NCBI GenBank assembly: GCA_963748625.1
Contig: CAVVJT010000004.1
Span: 608,001 to 672,000, forward strand
DNA from: an uncultured Chloroflexia bacterium
GTDB taxonomy: Bacteria; Chloroflexota; Limnocylindria; Limnocylindrales; CSP1-4
DNA length: 64,000 nt
Direction of reading: 5' to 3'
Below the pieces are notes generated by a model that saw only the letters and a program-made list of their open reading frames with translations, was not told the origin of the DNA and did no database searches. Positions 59,719 through 64,000 of the stretch are shown piece after piece; positions within the stretch are counted from its first letter, which is position 1; each line of letters begins with the position of its first letter. Both the position numbers and the translations under genes were made by a program.

Positions 59719-60980
59719 GCGACCGGCCGTCCACCCCGCCCGACCCGGCTACATTGCCCGACCCGGCCGCCCCGCCCGTCCCCGCGTTCGTGCTGGGACG
59801 AATCCCGAGGATCACGTTCGGCGCGGGATCCGTCGCCCAGGTGCCCGCCATCGTCGCGGCGCACGGCCACCACGCCCTGCTCGTGACAGGCGGAGCATCG
59901 CTGGCCGCCTCTGGACGACGCGTGGCCCTGCTCGACGGCCTCGCGCGTGCCGGCGTGTCGGTGGCAGGCGAGGTGGGAGTGACCGACGAGCCGTCGCCCG
60001 AGGTGGTCGATGCTGCGGTCGCCGCGCACCGCGGGGCCAGCGTGGACGTCGTGCTCGCGGTCGGGGGTGGCAGCGTGCTCGACGCTGCCAAGGCGATCGC
60101 GGCGATGCTCGGGCCGGGAGCGGGCAGCACCGTCACCGATCACCTGGAGGGCCTGCCAGGCTTCCGGCCGTACGACGGCCTGCCCGTGCCGCTCGTCGCC
60201 GTCCCCACGACCGCCGGCACCGGCTCCGAGGCGACGCGCAACGCGGTGATCTCGAGGCGCGGCCCAGACGGGTGGAAGCGGTCCATCCGCCACGAGCGCA
60301 TGGTAGCCGCGGACGCCGTGGTGGACCCGGACCTGCTCGCCGGTGCGGATCGTGTCCGCATTGCGGGCAACGGGATGGACGCGCTGACCCAGCTGCTCGA
60401 GGCGTACACGAGCACCAAGGCCGGGCCGCTCACCGATGCGCTGGCGCTCGCCGGACTCGCGGCGGCCCGGGAAGCGCTCCTGGCCTGGCACGCCGACCCC
60501 GACGGTCCGGCCGCCCCGGCCGCGCGGTCGGGCATGGCCTACGCGGCGCTGCTGTCGGGGATCTGCCTCGCCCACGCGGGTCTGGGCGGGGTGCACGGGC
60601 TCGCCTCACCGCTGGGAGCGCAGCTGCCGATCCCCCACGGGATCGCATGTGGCGCGACGATGGCGGGGATCGTTGCGGCCAACGTGGCGGCGCTCGAGGG
60701 GCGCGATCCGGTCTCGCCCGCGCTCGGACGGTACGCGGTGCTCGGACGGATGCTCGCGCGGCTGCCCGAGGCTGCGCCAGACGACGAGGCGCGCGCTGCG
60801 CTGGTCGCGGTCCTGCGCGCCTGGACCCGGACGCTTGCGATCCCGGGGCTGCGGACCTATGGCCTCACCGGGGCCGGCATCCCCGCGATCGTCGCCGATG
60901 CGCGCGGAAGCTCCATGCGCACCAATCCGGTGGTCCTCACCGACGAGGAGCTCACGGCCGTCCTGGCAGCCGCCCTCTAG
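59715..60980 (+). CDS. Iron-containing alcohol dehydrogenase
   Basis: GGGSVLDAAK, PTTAGTGSE, DALTQLLEAY, VHGLA, PHG. Confidence 0.93.
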   Translation: MSDRPSTPPDPATLPDPAAPPVPAFVLGRIPRITFGAGSVAQVPAIVAAHGHHALLVTGGASLAASGRRVALLDGLARAGVSVAGEVGVTDEPSPEVVDAAVAAHRGASVDVVLAVGGGSVLDAAKAIAAMLGPGAGSTVTDHLEGLPGFRPYDGLPVPLVAVPTTAGTGSEATRNAVISRRGPDGWKRSIRHERMVAADAVVDPDLLAGADRVRIAGNGMDALTQLLEAYTSTKAGPLTDALALAGLAAAREALLAWHADPDGPAAPAARSGMAYAALLSGICLAHAGLGGVHGLASPLGAQLPIPHGIACGATMAGIVAANVAALEGRDPVSPALGRYAVLGRMLARLPEAAPDDEARAALVAVLRAWTRTLAIPGLRTYGLTGAGIPAIVADARGSSMRTNPVVLTDEELTAVLAAAL

Positions 60981-61046
60981 CCTGGCGGTCGTGCTCTAGC
61001 CGGGCGGCTCCAGCCTGGCCGGCGTGCTCCAGGGTGCTCGCGGCGA

Positions 61047-62072
61047 TCAGCCGTCCGCGTCCTCGTAGCCGTCAGGGTGCCGGCGGTGCCATGCCACGGC
61101 GCTCGAGGCGATCCCGGCCAGCGTCCGCGTCGCCCGCCAGCCGAGCGCATCCTCGGCGGCCCCGGTCGCCGCCCAGATGGCAGCAATGTCCCCGTCCCGG
61201 CGCGACGCGTGCCGGACCGGCACCGGCCCCCCCACCGCGGCCTCCACGGCGTCGATCACCTCGCGCACCGAGGTCCCAGTCCCGGTCCCCAGGTTCAGCG
61301 TCCGCGACGGACGGCCATCCCTGAGCCAGTCGAGCGCGCGGGCATGGGCCGCGGCGAGATCGTCCACGTGGACGTAGTCCCGCACCGCCGTGCCGTCCGG
61401 TGTGGGCCAGTCCGTCCCGAAGACCGTGACCGCCGGGCCCTGACCCAGGGCCGCACGCACGACCAGGGGCCACAGGTTGGTGGCGCCTGGCGCGTCCTCC
61501 CCATGCGCTCCGGACGGGTCGGCACCGGCGGCGTTGAAGTAGCGCAGGGCGACGTGGCGCAGGCCACGCGCCTCGAACCAGGGCAGCGCCCGCTCCACGA
61601 GCAGCTTGCTCTCCGCGTATGGCGTGGCAGGGCGCATGGGCGAGGTCTCGTCCACCGCACCCGCATCGGGCTCGCCGTACACCGCACAGGTTGACGAGAA
61701 CACGAAGGCCGACACGCCCGCCGCGACCGCCTCGGCGAGCAGGCCCAGCGTCCCACCGACGTTGGTCGCAAAGTAGGCTCCGGGCTCCCGGAGCGACTCG
61801 GGGGCGGACTTGCGGGCGGCGAAGTGGACGATTGCCTCGATTCCCTCCTCGCGCAGGATCCGCGCCACGAGCGCCCGGTCCTCGATCGCCCCCACGATCA
61901 GCGGCAAGCCCGCCACCGCCCCTGCGTGTCCTGTGACGAGCGAGTCGAGCACGACGACCCGGTGGCCCAGGCCCGCCAGCAGGCGGACCGTCGCCGAGCC
62001 GACGTACCCCGCGCCGCCGGTCACGAGCACGCGCAGGGGCGGTGCGGCAGGCGGGTTCGGTCTGGCGTTCAT
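61047..62072 (-). CDS. galE: UDP-glucose 4-epimerase
   Basis: TGGAGYVGS, HFAA, FSSTCAVYG, YAESK, LRYFNAAGA, DGTAVRDYVHV. Confidence 0.93.
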   Translation of the reverse strand: MNARPNPPAAPPLRVLVTGGAGYVGSATVRLLAGLGHRVVVLDSLVTGHAGAVAGLPLIVGAIEDRALVARILREEGIEAIVHFAARKSAPESLREPGAYFATNVGGTLGLLAEAVAAGVSAFVFSSTCAVYGEPDAGAVDETSPMRPATPYAESKLLVERALPWFEARGLRHVALRYFNAAGADPSGAHGEDAPGATNLWPLVVRAALGQGPAVTVFGTDWPTPDGTAVRDYVHVDDLAAAHARALDWLRDGRPSRTLNLGTGTGTSVREVIDAVEAAVGGPVPVRHASRRDGDIAAIWAATGAAEDALGWRATRTLAGIASSAVAWHRRHPDGYEDADG

Positions 62073-62989
62073 GCCTGCTCGGCGGGCAGGACGGCGGGGC
62101 CTGGCGCCGTTCGCTCCCGTCGCCTGCGCACCGTCCCGACCCCACCCACGATCGCGAGGGCCGCGAGAGCGACCAGTGCGAAGGCCAGGGTGAGCACCTG
62201 GTCCGCGTTGAGCGTGCCGACGACGTCCGGGTCGCGCCAGGCAAGGGCGGCGATCGTGCGGCCGATGCCCCACAGGCCGAGGCCGAGCAGGAGGGCTCCG
62301 CCGTTGCGCCGTTCGAACACGTTGAGCGCCATCGCCCCCATCACCACGAGCAGGACCAGCAGCGTGAGCAACCCTTCGTACACCTGCGCGGGATGCGAGG
62401 GGAGTGCCGGCGCGAGCGAGCCCCATGGGCCGGGCGCGATGTACGCGGTTGCCCACGGCCCGTCGAAGGGAAGCCCCTGGCCGCTGCCGCCAAGCACCAT
62501 CGCGAGCTTGCCGGCAGCCAGCGCGAACAGGAGCGGGAGCGTCACCGCGTGGAGCCAGCGCCCGAGCGGCGCGCCGAGCATCCTGGCGACGAGCGACCCG
62601 GTCAGCAGCCCGCCCGCCACGGCAAGGGTGAGCTCGAAGGCGCCCTGGTTGATGTCGAGCACGGCGGCCGGGGTGGCCAGATAGAAGTCCAGGTGGGTCA
62701 GCGCGTAGCCGAGCCTGCCACCCACGACCGCGCCCGGGATGACGGCGACCGCGATGTACAGGAGATCGTCGGCGCGCAGGTGATTGGGTTCCCCGTCCGC
62801 ACCGGGCTCGGAGGCCGGTCGGTCGAGGTCCACCGGCGTGCGGCGCGCGAACACCGCCGCCGCCACGAGGGCGAGGAACAGGACGATGGCGTAGCCGATG
62901 GTCTCGAGCCGGACGCTCCAATCCCCGATGACCGCGATCGGGTCGAACGCGAGCTCGATGACGGGGAGGGATGCGACGGAGGGCAGCAC
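62069..62989 (-). CDS. lgt: Prolipoprotein diacylglyceryl transferase-like protein
   Basis: FDPIAVIG, GAVVGGRLGY, HPAQVYE; multiple TMs; somewhat divergent. Confidence 0.75.
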   Translation of the reverse strand: MLPSVASLPVIELAFDPIAVIGDWSVRLETIGYAIVLFLALVAAAVFARRTPVDLDRPASEPGADGEPNHLRADDLLYIAVAVIPGAVVGGRLGYALTHLDFYLATPAAVLDINQGAFELTLAVAGGLLTGSLVARMLGAPLGRWLHAVTLPLLFALAAGKLAMVLGGSGQGLPFDGPWATAYIAPGPWGSLAPALPSHPAQVYEGLLTLLVLLVVMGAMALNVFERRNGGALLLGLGLWGIGRTIAALAWRDPDVVGTLNADQVLTLAFALVALAALAIVGGVGTVRRRRERTAPGPAVLPAEQA

Positions 62990-63023
62990 GACGCGGGCAG
63001 TCTACCGTCCGGGGCCGGAACGC

Positions 63024-63054
63024 CGTCGACCCCCGGCGGGGCCGGGGGTCGACG
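63024..63054. terminator. Perfect 14-bp stem hairpin downstream of the subtilase gene
   Basis: cgtcgacccccggc-ggg-gccgggggtcgacg. Confidence 0.75.
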
Positions 63055-63094
63055 TTTGCGTACGGTTTCGGGCAGCCCGGCGGGCTGCAGGTGG

Positions 63095-64000
63095 TTACGG
63101 CTTGGTGACGCTCACGATCGTCGGGCTGGGCATCCCCGACGCGCCGCCGTAGGCGACGCTGCCGAGGTACCGGCCGGACGTCAGTCCGGGGAAGCTCAGG
63201 GTGATCGTGCCGGTCCCAGCCAGGGTGGCCGCGGCAGGGGCGGTGACCGTCATGTTCCCGGCGCTGGTGGCCGGGACGTAGAACGTGTTCAGCGCAAACG
63301 GCGACGTGCCGCCCACGACGCCCCAGCCGTGCACGTACAGGGTCAGGTTGATCGGGGAGGCCACCGGGGCCGCGAAGGTGAAGTTCACCTCCTCGTCCGA
63401 GCCGCCGTTGGTGCTTGAGCCGACCAGGGCGGAGCCCTGGTAGACGAACACGTCGAGGTCGGTGCCGGTGCTGACGTCACTGTCGAACAGGGCGTACCGG
63501 GCGTAGGTGGTCCCCGCCGGGATGGTCACCGGGATGGCGACCGTCCCCGTCGGGTCCGCGGGGTCGAACGTCTGGTCCGGATCCTGGTCCACGGTCCCCG
63601 CGGTGACGTCGGCAGCCACGAGGCCGCGGGCGTCCGCCGTGAATGCGCCCGTGTACCCGAACGTGACGGAGTAGCTGACGTCCGTCCCGTCGGAGGTCAC
63701 GGCGGCCGGCACCGCGAGGGCGACGGGCCGGATCACGACGGGGATGCGTACGACGTGGCCCTTGTCGCCGGTCAGCGTGAGCTGCCCGCCGACATAGCTG
63801 TTCAGGGTTGCGGTGTCACGCGTGAACGTGACGTTGAAGGGCTGCGTTGCGTTCTTGGCGATGGTCATCGGCGCCGGGAGCCCGACTGTGATGCCGGCCA
63901 GGCCGGTGTAGCTCGCCGTGTAGGTCTCGCTCGCACTGCCGACGTTGGTGGCCCGGCGGGTCACCGTCTGGGCGCCGGCGAGATCGCCGATGGCGATTGA
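63095..64000 (-). CDS. C-terminal part of an S8 subtilisin-like protease (Fn3-like and PPC-like domains), partial
   Basis: SIAIGDLAGAQTVTRRATNV...HVVRIPVVIRP subtilase Fn3 signature; DLDVFVY...S.NGGSDEEV. Confidence 0.75.
   Translation of the reverse strand, partial: SIAIGDLAGAQTVTRRATNVGSASETYTASYTGLAGITVGLPAPMTIAKNATQPFNVTFTRDTATLNSYVGGQLTLTGDKGHVVRIPVVIRPVALAVPAAVTSDGTDVSYSVTFGYTGAFTADARGLVAADVTAGTVDQDPDQTFDPADPTGTVAIPVTIPAGTTYARYALFDSDVSTGTDLDVFVYQGSALVGSSTNGGSDEEVNFTFAAPVASPINLTLYVHGWGVVGGTSPFALNTFYVPATSAGNMTVTAPAAATLAGTGTITLSFPGLTSGRYLGSVAYGGASGMPSPTIVSVTKP

Overview
Very GC-rich (about 70% or more by eye) bacterial chromosome segment. Gene content and protein style suggest Chloroflexota, possibly Ca. 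Limnocylindria; this is inference only. About 63 CDS are supported; no rRNA, tRNA, CRISPR, integrase or transposase was seen. Positions 1-21.4 kb form an extended phosphate (Pho) neighbourhood: cNMP protein, mgsA, a pseudo-receiver PhoP paralogue, pstSCAB-phoU-sixA, GDPD/EEP/soluble PhoR, pit-DUF47 and phoP, with 11-bp-periodic GTnnAC boxes at four intergenic regions. proS and a Na+-pumping acyl-CoA decarboxylase operon interrupt it. Housekeeping genes follow (gltX, DtxR-family regulator, asparaginase II, upp). An accessory stretch then carries XpaC-TelA, an arylsulfatase-GAP-DUF6325-SHOCT module with an MFS transporter, a RES toxin-antitoxin pair and an AhpD-methyltransferase fusion. A reductive pyrimidine catabolism cluster has an LLM/F420-type oxidoreductase where a dihydropyrimidine dehydrogenase would be expected. 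It is split by a C50-type carotenoid cluster whose lycopene elongase is fused to a GT2 glycosyltransferase and which ends in a degenerate PlsY-like acyltransferase. The window ends with galE, lgt and the 3' end of a subtilase. Best leads: the C50 carotenoid glycosyl(-ester) pathway, the PHO-box-controlled pseudo-receiver regulator circuit, and the candidate F420-dependent uracil reductase. At least two genes carry frameshifts that may be sequencing errors.
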